A stretch of DNA of 41,128 nt from Candidatus Elulimicrobium sp. (GCA_020722485.1 DYKS01000002.1:1-41128); one strand, 5' to 3'. Positions 7,847-18,211 are shown, counted from the stretch's first letter. Made by a program: numbers and translations. Notes: generated from the letters alone by a model not told the origin.

Positions 7847-10612
7847 ATGAAAGAATTGCCTAAAATTTACGAGCCGCAAAAACACGAAGACGAAATTTAC
7901 CAAAATTGGGAAAAATCGGGCTTTTTTAATCCCGATAATTTAAAAGGGGAACCTTATTCCATTATGATGCCTCCACCCAATGTGACGGGAGTTTTACATT
8001 TGGGGCACGCGATGGAAAATTCTTTGATGGATATTATGGCGCGCTACCAACGAATGCAAGGCAGAAAAGTTTTACTTCTTCCCGGAACCGACCACGCGGC
8101 GGTAGCCACGCAAGCCAAAGTAGAAAAACTGCTAATGGAAAAAGAGGGCTATCGCAATCCACGTCAAGAATTAGGACGGGAAAAATTATTGGAAAAAATC
8201 AAAGACTTTGCCGAAAATTCCAAATCCACTATTTTGAATCAAATAAAAAAAATGGGAACTAGCTGTGATTGGTCGCGACTAGCTTACACTTTTGACGAAA
8301 CAAGAAGTAAAGCGGTAAATAAAGTTTTTGAAAAAATGTACACGGACGGTTTAATTTATCGCGGCTATCGCGTGGTTAACTGGTCAATTAAAGGACAATC
8401 TACCGTTTCCGACGATGAGTTGGTCTATATTGAAAGACCGGGAAAATTGTATACTTTTAAATATTCAAAAGATTTTCCCTTTGCCATTGCTACCACCCGC
8501 CCGGAAACAAAATTCGGAGACACTGCTGTTGCGGTTCATCCGCGAGATAAAAGATACCAAAAATACATCGGAAAAATTTTTGAGATTAAAAATTTTGGCG
8601 AAGAAAAAGGAACGGAACTTAAAATAAAAATCATCGCCGATGAAGCGGTTGATCCCCAATTTGGCACCGGCGCTGTTGGCGTAACTCCCGCTCATTCTTT
8701 CACCGATTTTGAAATGTATGAAAAACAAAAAGCCGCCAATAATCCTATTGAAATAATTCCGGTTATCGGTCCGGATGGAAAAATGAACGAAAAAGCGAAA
8801 TCGTTTCAGGGAATTTCCGTTCAAGAAGCGCGAGAAAAACTAATTCAATGGCTGAAAGAAAAAAAATTGCTAGAAAAAGAAGAGGACTTACTTCAGAATG
8901 TCGCCACTTCCGATCGCTTCGGCGACGTCGTAGAAATTTTGCCAATGACACAATGGTTTGTGGCGGTTAATAAGGAAATTCCCGGCCGGGGAAAAACTTT
9001 GAAACAATTAATGCGCGAAGCGATAGCCGGCGGATTAAATGGAAACCCGGCGCAAAAAATCACCGTCACTCCGGCGCGTTTTGAAAAAATATATTTTAAT
9101 TGGATTGATAATCTGCGCGACTGGTGTATCAGCCGACAAATTTGGTGGGGACATCGAATTCCTGTTTATTATTGCGAACGAGGAATTTCCAATATTCAAT
9201 CTTCCATTTCACCAAAAGAAGAAAAGTGTTCCAAACCGATAGTTTCTTCTAAAATTATCAATAAATGCCCGCATTGCGGAGGAAAAATAATTCAAGATCC
9301 CGATACTCTGGACACCTGGTTTTCGTCGGGATTGTGGACTTTTTCTACTTTAGCCAACACGCCAGAGCAAATTAAATTAGAAAATGGAAAATTTATAATT
9401 GACAATAAAGACTTTGCTAATTTTTATCCCACTGATTGGATGCAAATGGGATCGGAATTGCTTTTTTTCTGGATGGCGCGAATGATTCTGATGAGCGCTT
9501 ACGTTTTAGATGAAATTCCTTTTCGAGATGTATATATTCATGGCATTCTTCGCAATGAAAAAGGACAAAAATTTTCCAAATCTCTTGGCAATAACATAGA
9601 CCCGCTAGATATTTCTCATCAATATGGAACGGATGCCTTGCGTCTAAGTCTCGTTTCCGGCATCGCTCCGGGACAAGACAGCCACTTCTACGAAGATAAA
9701 GTCAAAAACGCCGGAAATTTCGTCAATAAACTTTGGAATATTAGTCGCTATATAATTCAAAAAACGAAAGAGCAAAAAGAAATAGAAAAAATAAAAAAAG
9801 AAAATCTAAATTCATCCGACCGCTGGATTGCCAAAAAAATGAACACACTAATTGGGGAAGTTTCTACCAATATCGAAAAATTCAACTTTTCTTTGGCAAG
9901 TGAAAAAATTCAAACTTTTATCCGAAATGATTTTGCCGATTGGTATTTAGAAGCCAGTAAATTTGAAGAAAATAAAAATGAAAAATCTTTCTTGCTAAAA
10001 ACAATTCTGGAAGACGGATTAAAACTTCTGCATCCTTTTATCCCCTTTGTCACTGAATATATTTGGAAATTATTGGGAAAAGAAAAACTTCTGCTGATAG
10101 AAAAATGGCCGGACAAATCAATTTATAAGTCGCTGTCAAAAATAAATGACGCCGATGATTTTGAGCTTATAAAAGAAATTATCATAGCCATCAGAAACAT
10201 CCGCCAAGAAAATAAGATAGAACCCGGAAAAAAAATTAACGCGATCATTTATGGAGGAAATTTTACGAAATTTATTCAAGAGAATGAAACCTTAATTAAA
10301 AAATTAAGAACAGGCGTTGAAAATCTAAAACTTTCGAAAGAAGGAAAAGAAATCAAAAAGGCCGCGAAAAAAATTATCGCGGGCAAAATTCAAATTTATG
10401 TTCCGCTGGAAGAAATTATTGATATTGAAAAACAAAAGAAAAATACCCGCGCGGAAATTGAAAATCTGCAAAAATATATATCCAATCTTAAAATAAGATT
10501 AAAAAACAAAGATTTTCTAAAAAAAGCACCAACGGAAATTGTCCAAAAAGAAAAAGAAAATTTAATTCGCGCCCAAGAAAAGTTAAAGAAACTGGAAAAA
10601 TATTCAGTATAA
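7847..10612 (+). CDS. valS: Valine--tRNA ligase
   Basis: PPPNVTGVLHLGH, PGTDHA, DWCISRQIWWGHRIP, DTWFSS, KFSKS and C-terminal coiled coil; start MKELPK at 7847. Confidence 0.97.
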   Translation: MKELPKIYEPQKHEDEIYQNWEKSGFFNPDNLKGEPYSIMMPPPNVTGVLHLGHAMENSLMDIMARYQRMQGRKVLLLPGTDHAAVATQAKVEKLLMEKEGYRNPRQELGREKLLEKIKDFAENSKSTILNQIKKMGTSCDWSRLAYTFDETRSKAVNKVFEKMYTDGLIYRGYRVVNWSIKGQSTVSDDELVYIERPGKLYTFKYSKDFPFAIATTRPETKFGDTAVAVHPRDKRYQKYIGKIFEIKNFGEEKGTELKIKIIADEAVDPQFGTGAVGVTPAHSFTDFEMYEKQKAANNPIEIIPVIGPDGKMNEKAKSFQGISVQEAREKLIQWLKEKKLLEKEEDLLQNVATSDRFGDVVEILPMTQWFVAVNKEIPGRGKTLKQLMREAIAGGLNGNPAQKITVTPARFEKIYFNWIDNLRDWCISRQIWWGHRIPVYYCERGISNIQSSISPKEEKCSKPIVSSKIINKCPHCGGKIIQDPDTLDTWFSSGLWTFSTLANTPEQIKLENGKFIIDNKDFANFYPTDWMQMGSELLFFWMARMILMSAYVLDEIPFRDVYIHGILRNEKGQKFSKSLGNNIDPLDISHQYGTDALRLSLVSGIAPGQDSHFYEDKVKNAGNFVNKLWNISRYIIQKTKEQKEIEKIKKENLNSSDRWIAKKMNTLIGEVSTNIEKFNFSLASEKIQTFIRNDFADWYLEASKFEENKNEKSFLLKTILEDGLKLLHPFIPFVTEYIWKLLGKEKLLLIEKWPDKSIYKSLSKINDADDFELIKEIIIAIRNIRQENKIEPGKKINAIIYGGNFTKFIQENETLIKKLRTGVENLKLSKEGKEIKKAAKKIIAGKIQIYVPLEEIIDIEKQKKNTRAEIENLQKYISNLKIRLKNKDFLKKAPTEIVQKEKENLIRAQEKLKKLEKYSV

Positions 10613-10684
10613 TAATTATAATTATTTATACTTTTTCGTTATTATTTATTATTTTTAACATAATTTGTTGTAAGAATTGCTAGA

Positions 10685-10871
10685 CTTTCTTCATCTGTTA
10701 TTCCAGAATTTTTGAAACGTTAGCGGAGAAAATTATTGTCATTTTAGAAAATTTCGAAACATTAACAGAACTGGATTCCCGCCCGCGCGGGAATGAGGAA
10801 TGATATGGAAAAAGCGGGAATGACAAATAGAAATAATTAGCCAAAAATATAAACAATGCGATAAAATCTAA
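10685..10871 (-). repeat. MITE-like palindromic repeat, copy 2 (inverted)
   Basis: TGTCATTTTAGAAAATTT...CTGGATTCCCGC-CCGC-GCGGGAATGA...GCGGGAATGACAAATAGAAATAATTAGCC...AAATCTAA matches the reverse complement of copy 1. Confidence 0.75.
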
Positions 10872-10911
10872 CATCGCTAATTAAGTTAAAAAACATTTAA
10901 TAATAAAAAAA

Positions 10912-11502
10912 ATGAAAAACAAATCAAAATCATTTTTCTGGGGATTGGTAGCCGGAAGCGGAGCGCTAGTAACAGAAGTTTTTTTGTTGGTTATTTTTTC
11001 AATTTTTAATTTTCCAGAAGAAAAAATTTCCTTCTCTGTTTCTCAACCAAAAATTAACTGGCTTATTATCAGCGCTCTAATAGAAGAATTTTTCAAGCTT
11101 ATTATTATCTTTAAAGCCGCGCGCCTATTTTCGCGCGGAAAAGAATTAATTGCCAATTCTTTTTTGGTAGGCGTTGGCTTTGCCACACTGGAAATTATTT
11201 CTGTCGCCAAAAATTATTTTTCAGAAATAGCGGTCGCTCCGGAAGAAGTGGCGGGATTGTTTATCATTCATGGAGCTACCGCCATTTTAATGGGATGTTT
11301 TTTCCTTTGGAGCAAAGAAAAAGTAAAAGTAAAATATATTTTTCTTTCTTTTTTAACAGCGACTTATTTTCATTTGATTTATAATCTAACTGTTTGGGCG
11401 AAAGGCGAAATATTGGGTAATTTTCTTTTCTTTTTGTTTTTAGTATTTTTAACAATTATAAGCGTTGGAAATTTTCTTTTTACTCAAAAACTTGCATCCT
11501 AA
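10912..11502 (+). CDS. PrsW-family intramembrane glutamic/metalloprotease
   Basis: Multi-TM protein with ALIEEFFK, GVGFATLE, HG and HLIYN motifs. Confidence 0.75.
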   Translation: MKNKSKSFFWGLVAGSGALVTEVFLLVIFSIFNFPEEKISFSVSQPKINWLIISALIEEFFKLIIIFKAARLFSRGKELIANSFLVGVGFATLEIISVAKNYFSEIAVAPEEVAGLFIIHGATAILMGCFFLWSKEKVKVKYIFLSFLTATYFHLIYNLTVWAKGEILGNFLFFLFLVFLTIISVGNFLFTQKLAS

Positions 11503-11520
11503 AAAATTATACTTTATAAT
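11492..11520 (+). promoter_or_regulatory. Putative sigma70 promoter for the Hsp20 gene
   Basis: TTGCAT-17 bp-TATAAT. Confidence 0.55.
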
Positions 11521-11634
11521 TAAACTTGTAAAACAATTAATTAAAAAATAATTCGTTTTATTATGTAATAAAAAATTTTTTCGTTCGTCTTTTGTTTTCA
11601 AAAAGCAAACGGAAAAATCCATAAAAACAAAAAT

Positions 11635-12159
11635 ATGACAAAACAAAAAAGATCATTTTTTGAACGTTTAACTGGATCACGTCAAATAGAAAATGATGAA
11701 GAAGATAAAGTTCTTAATGTTTCATCTGAAGATGATCAAGAAGAAACAATTATCAATGCTCCTTCCGATTTCACTATGCCGGAAGAAAGTAAAATAGACG
11801 AACACCCAATGAAACAAAACGATGACGATGACGGCCAACTCACTATTGATGTTTATCAAACTGAAAACGATATCATCATTAAATCCACCATTGCCGGGGT
11901 AAAGCCGGAAGACTTGGATGTTTCTATTAATAACGATATGATTACTATTCGCGGCGAAAGAAAAATGGATGAAGAAGTCTCACAAGAAAATTATTACTAT
12001 CAAGAATGTTACTGGGGTTCTTTCTCTCGCTCGGTTATTATTCCAGTAGATGTTTTAACGGATAAAGCGGAAGCTTCTTTAAAAAATGGAATTCTCACTA
12101 TCCGCCTTCCTAAGGCCGTCAAAGATAAAGTCAAAAAAATTCAAGTGCGCGGATTTTAG
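11635..12159 (+). CDS. Small heat-shock protein (Hsp20/alpha-crystallin)
   Basis: IDVYQTEND, AGVKPEDLDVSI, ECYWGSFSRS, ASLKNGILTIRLPK and C-terminal IQV motif; acidic N-terminus. Confidence 0.93.
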   Translation: MTKQKRSFFERLTGSRQIENDEEDKVLNVSSEDDQEETIINAPSDFTMPEESKIDEHPMKQNDDDDGQLTIDVYQTENDIIIKSTIAGVKPEDLDVSINNDMITIRGERKMDEEVSQENYYYQECYWGSFSRSVIIPVDVLTDKAEASLKNGILTIRLPKAVKDKVKKIQVRGF

Positions 12160-12230
12160 TTTTGCTTGTTTATTATTTGTAAAAAACCGCTTTTTTCGTT
12201 ATCATCAAATTACCAAACTAGATAATAAAT

Positions 12231-13526
12231 ATGAAAAATAACGATAAAAAAAGCGGTTTTTTCTTCTGGTTTATTTTTATTCTATTTTTAACAGCAAGAG
12301 CTGATTTTGTTTTTGCGTCTGAAACAGAAACAAAAAATGAAAATACTTTAATTTTTAAAATCAATGAAACACGCCAAATTATTTCCCAAAAAGACTTTGC
12401 TTCTTTATTGGAAATAAATACTGAATTAAAATTTGAACAATCAGAATACGCGCGCGCGGAAAATATTTATTTTTGCCCAACCGATTATTTTACCTGCGCT
12501 CTTTATCTAACCGAAAGAAAAAAATACCATATCCGAAAAACATCTTCTTTAACCGTTAATGAAGAAAAAACGAAAAAATTTTTAGAAACAGTGGCTGCTC
12601 AAACTGATAAAGAACCGACGGACGCCAAATTCAAAATAGAAGAAGGAAAAATCATCAATTTTGCGATGGAACAAAACGGAATCAAATTAGATATCGCGGA
12701 AAGTTTAGAAAAAATTAAAAAAGCGATCGCTGATAATAATTTTTTTTCCAAAAAAGAAATTGAGTTAGTATGGAAGATCATCGAACCGAAAGTCAAGTCC
12801 GAAGACATTAACAAATTAGAAATCAATACTATTTTAGGAGAAGGAATATCCAATTTTCGCGGCTCGCCCCAAAACCGAATTCATAACATCAAAACCGCCA
12901 GCCAAGTTTTCAACGGAATTCTTATCAAACCAGAAGAAGAATTTTCTTTTATAAAAACACTGGGACCAGTAGATGAAGAACACGGCTACCTTCCGGAACT
13001 GGTGATTAAAAATAACGAAACCGTTCCGGAATTTGGCGGTGGCATTTGCCAAGTTTCCACTAGCGCCTTTCGCGCCGCTATTTACAGCGGCTTGAAAATA
13101 ACCGAACGACACAGTCACGCTTATCCGGTCCCATATTATAATCCTCAAGGAATAGACGCCACTGTCTATATCCCTCGCCCTGATTTGAAATTTATAAATA
13201 ACACACCGGGATATATTTTAATTCAAACAGAAATCAAAGGAACAAAGCTCATTTTTCGTTTTTATGGAACCAGTGATAACAGAAAAATTGAAGTGGATGG
13301 ACCTTTCGTCACTGAAAAAGGAACTGACGGATCAATGAAAACTTATTTCATTCAAAAAGTTTACGATTCAAATCAAAATCTAATTATCGAAGAAAATTTT
13401 AAAAGTTATTATGAATCTCCTAATAAATATCCTCACCCAGGACAAGAGCCGATTTTAACCAAAAAACCTAAAGATTGGTCTAAAAAACAATGGAAAGAAT
13501 ACCAGAAAACACATAATTTGAATTGA
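12231..13526 (+). CDS. VanW-domain exported protein with peptidoglycan-binding-like region
   Basis: N-terminal signal/TM; RIHNI, EEFSF, GGGICQVSTS, ITERHSH, GIDATVY and DLKFINNT motifs. Confidence 0.88.
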   Translation: MKNNDKKSGFFFWFIFILFLTARADFVFASETETKNENTLIFKINETRQIISQKDFASLLEINTELKFEQSEYARAENIYFCPTDYFTCALYLTERKKYHIRKTSSLTVNEEKTKKFLETVAAQTDKEPTDAKFKIEEGKIINFAMEQNGIKLDIAESLEKIKKAIADNNFFSKKEIELVWKIIEPKVKSEDINKLEINTILGEGISNFRGSPQNRIHNIKTASQVFNGILIKPEEEFSFIKTLGPVDEEHGYLPELVIKNNETVPEFGGGICQVSTSAFRAAIYSGLKITERHSHAYPVPYYNPQGIDATVYIPRPDLKFINNTPGYILIQTEIKGTKLIFRFYGTSDNRKIEVDGPFVTEKGTDGSMKTYFIQKVYDSNQNLIIEENFKSYYESPNKYPHPGQEPILTKKPKDWSKKQWKEYQKTHNLN

Positions 13527-13551
13527 CGATAACAATTTTTTTTGTTAACCT
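13523..13551 (+). promoter_or_regulatory. Putative promoter of the tRNA-Lys/tRNA-Arg pair
   Basis: TTGACG-17 bp-TAACCT with extended TG. Confidence 0.5.
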
Positions 13552-13585
13552 TTGACTTATGCTTTTGTTTTATTGACTTTTTTAC

Positions 13586-13661
13586 GCGCCCATAGCTCAG
13601 TTGGTAGAGCAGATCCCTCTTAAGGATATGGTCGGGGGTTCGAATCCCTCTGGGCGCACCA
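13586..13661 (+). tRNA. tRNA-Lys(CTT), CCA encoded
   Basis: GCGCCCA/TGGGCGC acceptor stem; anticodon loop CTCTTAA; T-loop TTCGAAT. Confidence 0.95.
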
Positions 13662-13664
13662 GTT

Positions 13665-13736
13665 GCCCCCGTAGTTCAATGGATAGAACACCAGCCTTCT
13701 AAGCTGGATATCTAGGTTCGATTCCTAGCGGGGGCA
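13665..13736 (+). tRNA. tRNA-Arg(TCT), CCA not encoded (followed by CTA)
   Basis: GCCCCCG/CGGGGGC acceptor stem; anticodon arm CCAGC-CTTCTAA-GCTGG; T-loop TTCGATT. Confidence 0.95.
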
Positions 13737-13939
13737 CTAAGAATTTTACTTTTTAATCTTTTTGAAATTATTTAGCAAACGCATCTATACGTCACCCATT
13801 AACAACTTTACAACTTGTCGCGTAAACGCAAATACTAAAAAAATCAAAATTCCTTAAAGTTTTTATACAATAAAAAATTATTTCGCTTTTTTGTTTTTGG
13901 CTTTCTTTTATCGTTAATTTAAAAAACCAAAAAATATTA

Positions 13940-14278
13940 TTATCTCCACGCTTTCTGAAGCGCAAAAACCAAAGCCGAAACCAAAAGACTAAACAACATC
14001 GCCCACCAAAAACCAGTTACTACAAAACCAATTACTAAATAATCTACCAACTTTACCAACAATGCGTTTAAAATCAAAGTAAAAAATCCCAATGTCATTA
14101 TATTGAGCGGCAAAGTAAGTATCAATAAAATCGGCTTTAAAAAAGTATTAACCACACCTAAAATCATTGCCACTATGAAAGCAATCCAAAAACTAGATAC
14201 ATATACTCCCGGCAAAATATACGCGCTCACAAAAACCGCCAAAGTTATAACTACCCAATTAAAAATATGTTTGCTCAT
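13940..14278 (-). CDS. YvlD/DUF360-type 4-TM membrane protein (holin-like family)
   Basis: ILGVVNTFLKPILLILTLPLNIMTLGFF..ILNA and GFWWAMLFS pattern. Confidence 0.85.
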   Translation of the reverse strand: MSKHIFNWVVITLAVFVSAYILPGVYVSSFWIAFIVAMILGVVNTFLKPILLILTLPLNIMTLGFFTLILNALLVKLVDYLVIGFVVTGFWWAMLFSLLVSALVFALQKAWR

Positions 14279-14314
14279 ATCTTTTGAAATTAAAAAAACA
14301 AATTAATTTAGTTT

Positions 14315-14379
14315 ATTATAACATAAAAATAAAATTAATCATTTCAAAATCCAAATAAATAAAATTAATGTGATATAAT
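14315..14379. promoter_or_regulatory. Divergent extended -10 promoters (YvlD-type gene on -, GH1 operon on +)
   Basis: TGtTATAAT on the - strand at 14315-14323 and TGaTATAAT on the + strand at 14371-14379. Confidence 0.45.
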
Positions 14380-14432
14380 TAAAAACAAAAAACAAATAAA
14401 AAAATTTAAAAATTTCAAAGTAGCTAAAAACT

Positions 14433-15695
14433 ATGTCACAAATAAAACTAAAATTTCCAGAAAATTTTCTTTGGGGTGCGGCCACCAGCGCTTATCAAGT
14501 GGAAGGCGGAAATAAAAATAATTGGAGCGAATGGGAAAAAGCCAACGCTAAACGGCTGACTAGCGAGACGAAAAAGAAATGGCAAAAATGGCAACAAGAA
14601 AAATTCCCGGAAATGTTTGAAGAAAAAAATTATATTTCCGGACGCGCTTGCGATCACTATAATCGCTATGAAGAAGATTTTGATATCGCGAAACAACTGG
14701 GACACAACGCTCACCGTTTTTCCATTGAATGGAGCAGAATTGAACCAGAAGAAGGAAAATTTGATGAAAAAGAAATTGAGCATTATCGGAAAGTTTTGAA
14801 AGCGCTTCGCGCGCGTAAAATAGAACCTTTCGTAACATTGTGGCATTGGACCAATCCCCTTTGGTTAAAAAACGGAGAATTGAACAAAAAATTTCCAAAA
14901 TATTTTTCTCGTTATGTAAAATTTGTGATAGAAAAATTAGGAGATTTGAATAATTTTTGGATAACTTTAAACGAACCCACTTCTGTAATTTTCTCTTCTT
15001 ACATACAAGGAGCTTGGCCACCACAAAAAAGAAATCCTTTTAAAGCGCTATGTGTTTATAAAAATTTAGCCGCGGCTCATAATCTAACTTACTCAGAAAT
15101 TCATAGAATTGCCCCCCAAGCGAAAGTGGGATTTTCCAATATTATGATTTATATTGAACCGACTCATAAATGGCACTTATTGGAAAAACTAATTGTCAAA
15201 ATCTCCGATTATTTCAGTAACAGAAAATTTTTAAAAATGACTAATGGCAATAATGATTTTTTAGCTATTCAATATTATTTTCACAAAAAAATTTCTTTTT
15301 TCGGAATGAACGCAGAAAAAAACAAAAATGTTTCCGATTTAGACTGGGATATTTCTCCGGAAGGAATTTATCCTCTTTTAAAAAGTTTAAAAAAATATAA
15401 TTTGCCAATTTACATTACAGAAAATGGCTTGGCAGATAAAGAGGATAAATTAAGAAGTGCTTTTATTAAAGAACATTTAAAATGGATTCACCGAGCTATT
15501 GCGGAAAAAGTGGATGTCCGCGGTTATTTTTACTGGTCGCTTTTAGATAATTTTGAATGGGATAAAGGTTTTTGGCCTAGATTCGGATTGGTAGAAATAA
15601 ATTACGAAACGCTGGAACGAAAAATTCGCCCGAGCGCGTGGGAATACAAGAAAATTATTGAAGCCAACGGAATTATTGATGAAAGCAAAAGTTAA
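14433..15695 (+). CDS. Glycoside hydrolase family 1 (beta-glucosidase/galactosidase)
   Basis: FPENFLWGAATSAYQVEG, RFSIEWSRI, TLNEP acid/base, ITENG nucleophile and WSLLDNFEW motifs. Confidence 0.95.
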   Translation: MSQIKLKFPENFLWGAATSAYQVEGGNKNNWSEWEKANAKRLTSETKKKWQKWQQEKFPEMFEEKNYISGRACDHYNRYEEDFDIAKQLGHNAHRFSIEWSRIEPEEGKFDEKEIEHYRKVLKALRARKIEPFVTLWHWTNPLWLKNGELNKKFPKYFSRYVKFVIEKLGDLNNFWITLNEPTSVIFSSYIQGAWPPQKRNPFKALCVYKNLAAAHNLTYSEIHRIAPQAKVGFSNIMIYIEPTHKWHLLEKLIVKISDYFSNRKFLKMTNGNNDFLAIQYYFHKKISFFGMNAEKNKNVSDLDWDISPEGIYPLLKSLKKYNLPIYITENGLADKEDKLRSAFIKEHLKWIHRAIAEKVDVRGYFYWSLLDNFEWDKGFWPRFGLVEINYETLERKIRPSAWEYKKIIEANGIIDESKS

Positions 15696-15719
15696 AATTT
15701 TAAAAAATTAAAAAGTAAA

Positions 15720-16640
15720 ATGTCAAATTGGATTTTAATCGCTATTGTTGGTTATTTTTTTCTCTCTCTGGAAGCTGTCTTAAGTAAATTTTTGATAACT
15801 GGCAAAATCAAAAGCTGGAAAACTTATTCTTTTTATGTAGGAATTTTTTCTTCCTTTGCCTTGGTTTTAATCCCTTGGCGCACTACTTGGACAAATTCTT
15901 CTTTTATGGGAATTTCTTTAATAGCGGGCGCGCTTCAATTCATCTCACTGGCTTTTCTTTTCAAAGCGCTGGAAACTTCAGCCGCTTCCCGTGTTTATCT
16001 TCTTTATGGCGCCGCCAGTACTATCACCACTTTCGTTTTAGCTAATTTTTTAGTAAAAGAAAATCTTACTTTTGCCGATCTTTTTGGAATTTCTTTGCTC
16101 ATAATCGGCGGATTTTTCATTTCCTTTAAGTTTTACAAAATGAAATTTTTTCACAATTACCGCGCCACCCTTTGGGCGGGATTTTTGGCAGGATTTTCCT
16201 TAGTTTTTCTTAAATACATTTATGAACACCACAATTTTATTAACGGCTATATCTGTAGTCGCATTGGCTTGGCTGGAATGGCGTTCAGCTTTCTGCTCCA
16301 TCCGAAATTTCGTCGCGCCGCTTTGGGAAAAATCATCATCGCAAAAAAATACCAAAAACAAAGAAAAGAAAAATTTTTTCACCTGTTATGGACTATTTTC
16401 GCCAAAAGCATAGCGGGAATCGGAACTATTCTTACCGGTTACGCGGTTTCCTTAGGTAGTGTCACTATAGTCAATGCTCTTTCTTCCGCTCAATATCTTT
16501 TCACTTTTATTCTGATCACTTTATTGGCGTTTCATTTTAAAAAATTCTTCCAAGAAGAAATCACCTTTTCTAATCTTCTGACTAAATCGATCGGTGCCTT
16601 ACTGATAATCGGCGGAATAATTTTCATCAGTTTCAGATAA
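15720..16640 (+). CDS. EamA/DMT-family 10-TM transporter
   Basis: About 10 hydrophobic segments in two similar halves, each ending in a G..L(L/I)IIGG-type helix. Confidence 0.7.
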   Translation: MSNWILIAIVGYFFLSLEAVLSKFLITGKIKSWKTYSFYVGIFSSFALVLIPWRTTWTNSSFMGISLIAGALQFISLAFLFKALETSAASRVYLLYGAASTITTFVLANFLVKENLTFADLFGISLLIIGGFFISFKFYKMKFFHNYRATLWAGFLAGFSLVFLKYIYEHHNFINGYICSRIGLAGMAFSFLLHPKFRRAALGKIIIAKKYQKQRKEKFFHLLWTIFAKSIAGIGTILTGYAVSLGSVTIVNALSSAQYLFTFILITLLAFHFKKFFQEEITFSNLLTKSIGALLIIGGIIFISFR

Positions 16641-16666
16641 TAATAAACGGTTAAAATAACAAAAAA

Positions 16667-17719
16667 ATGAATATACAAATCGCAAAAAAATTTTTAAAAA
16701 TTATCGGCCAAATTATTAGTAGCATTTTTATTTTTCTTTTATTTATTTTTTTAGTTTTTAATTGGCCAATTATAAACCGCAACGAACAAATGAAAATTGG
16801 AGTCGCTTTCTCTCCTGTCTTTTCCCGTAGTTTGGGTTTGAATTGGCGAGAAAATTATTTAGCAATTCTTGAAGATTTAAGAGTAAACAAAATTCGCTTA
16901 GTCGCTTATTGGACTGAAATTGAAAAAGAAAAAGGAGTTTACGATTTCTCTGACTTAGATTGGCAATTAAATGAAGCGCGAAAGCGCGGCGTAGAAGTAA
17001 TTCTCGCTTTTGGGATAAAAGTCCCCCGCTGGCCAGAATGTTTCATTCCGGAATTTTATAAGCAAAACAAACAAGAAAGAGAAATTGCTATTTTGAAAAT
17101 GGAAAAAGAACTTATTGCTAGATATCGCGACTACAAAAATATTAAAATTTGGCAAGTAGAAAATGAACCATTTCTTCCCTTTGGCGATTGCGTTGAAGGC
17201 GCTGTAGATGGAAAATTAGTAGATAAAGAAATAACGCAAACTAAATCATTAGATCCCACTCGTCCAATAATGGTTACTGATAGCGGAGAATTAAGTTTAT
17301 GGATTGCCGCCGCTAAAAGAAGTGATATCTTTGGCACTACTCTTTACCGCGTTATTCACAAAAAACCTTTGGGTTATTTCACTTATCCTTTAGGACCAGC
17401 TTTTTTCAAAATTAAAGCCTCATTGGTTCATTTATTAGCTGGAGAAAAAAAGATTATCATTTCTGAACTTCAAGCCGAACCTTGGGGACCGACTTGGATT
17501 ACAGAAATGCCAATTGAGGAACAATATAAATCAATGAATCCGCAAAAATTAGAAGACATCATTATTTATGCTCAAAAAACTGGATTCTCTGAAGCTTATC
17601 TCTGGGGCGCAGAATGGTGGTATTGGTTGAAAATTAAACAAAACCGCCCGGAAATGTGGGACACTGCCCAAAAAATATTTTCCCAAGATAAAATAGCTCC
17701 GATCACATCCAGTCCCTAA
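16667..17719 (+). CDS. Membrane-anchored clan GH-A glycoside hydrolase (GH5/GH35/GH42-like)
   Basis: N-terminal TM; IRL.AYW.EIE...GVYDFSDLDW; WQVENEP acid/base; ISELQAEPW nucleophile region. Confidence 0.75.
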   Translation: MNIQIAKKFLKIIGQIISSIFIFLLFIFLVFNWPIINRNEQMKIGVAFSPVFSRSLGLNWRENYLAILEDLRVNKIRLVAYWTEIEKEKGVYDFSDLDWQLNEARKRGVEVILAFGIKVPRWPECFIPEFYKQNKQEREIAILKMEKELIARYRDYKNIKIWQVENEPFLPFGDCVEGAVDGKLVDKEITQTKSLDPTRPIMVTDSGELSLWIAAAKRSDIFGTTLYRVIHKKPLGYFTYPLGPAFFKIKASLVHLLAGEKKIIISELQAEPWGPTWITEMPIEEQYKSMNPQKLEDIIIYAQKTGFSEAYLWGAEWWYWLKIKQNRPEMWDTAQKIFSQDKIAPITSSP

Positions 17720-17754
17720 CCGTAAAAAATTTCTCTGCCTCTTGCCTATGCCTA

Positions 17755-17782
17755 TTGCCTAATTTGTTTTTTTTGTTATAAT
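17755..17782 (+). promoter_or_regulatory. Putative promoter for tRNA-Asn
   Basis: TTGCCT-16 bp-TATAAT with extended TG. Confidence 0.5.
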
Positions 17783-17818
17783 AAATTAGTGTTTTTTGAA
17801 AAAAATTAGAGAAAATAT

Positions 17819-17890
17819 TCCGGCGTGGCGCAGCGGTAGCGCAGGTGGCTGTTAACCACTTGGTCGTAGGTTCGAATCCTACCGCCGGAG
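17819..17890 (+). tRNA. tRNA-Asn(GTT), CCA not encoded
   Basis: TCCGGCG/CGCCGGA acceptor stem, G discriminator; anticodon arm GGTGG-CTGTTAA-CCACT; T-loop TTCGAAT. Confidence 0.95.
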
Positions 17891-18211
17891 CAAAGCATGA
17901 CAGTTACTGGAAACAGTAGCTGTTTTTGTTTGTGCGCAAGCAATATTAAACACTAATTGCATCGCCATAATCTGGCAAAGATTGCTCCGTTGCAAAACCT
18001 GAGGACAATTTACATAGACATTACTATGCTTACCATTTGTCAGAATTGCATGAAGAGCAGTTGGATTTTTCTGGCCGGGATGATGCCAAAAGGCATTACA
18101 GGCTTTGAAAATCATTTTCACTTCGTCCTTAACTAAAATTCTTTTACAGTCTTGAAGTTCAAGCTGTAAAAGATTTGCCTGATTCAATCCTTTAAACATT
18201 GTCGATACCAT
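17891..18211 (-). pseudogene. Truncated orotate-phosphoribosyltransferase-like gene (N-terminus only)
   Basis: HAILTNGKHSNVYVNCPQVL resembles the PyrE N-terminal H..L.SG.HS..Y..C motif; no PRPP-binding loop; ORF runs into tRNA-Asn; AGGAGG upstream. Confidence 0.55.

Noticed and set aside
13940..14278. Holin-family gene near tRNAs as evidence of a prophage
   Set aside because: YvlD/DUF360 proteins are common chromosomal membrane proteins; no integrase, terminase or structural genes are present
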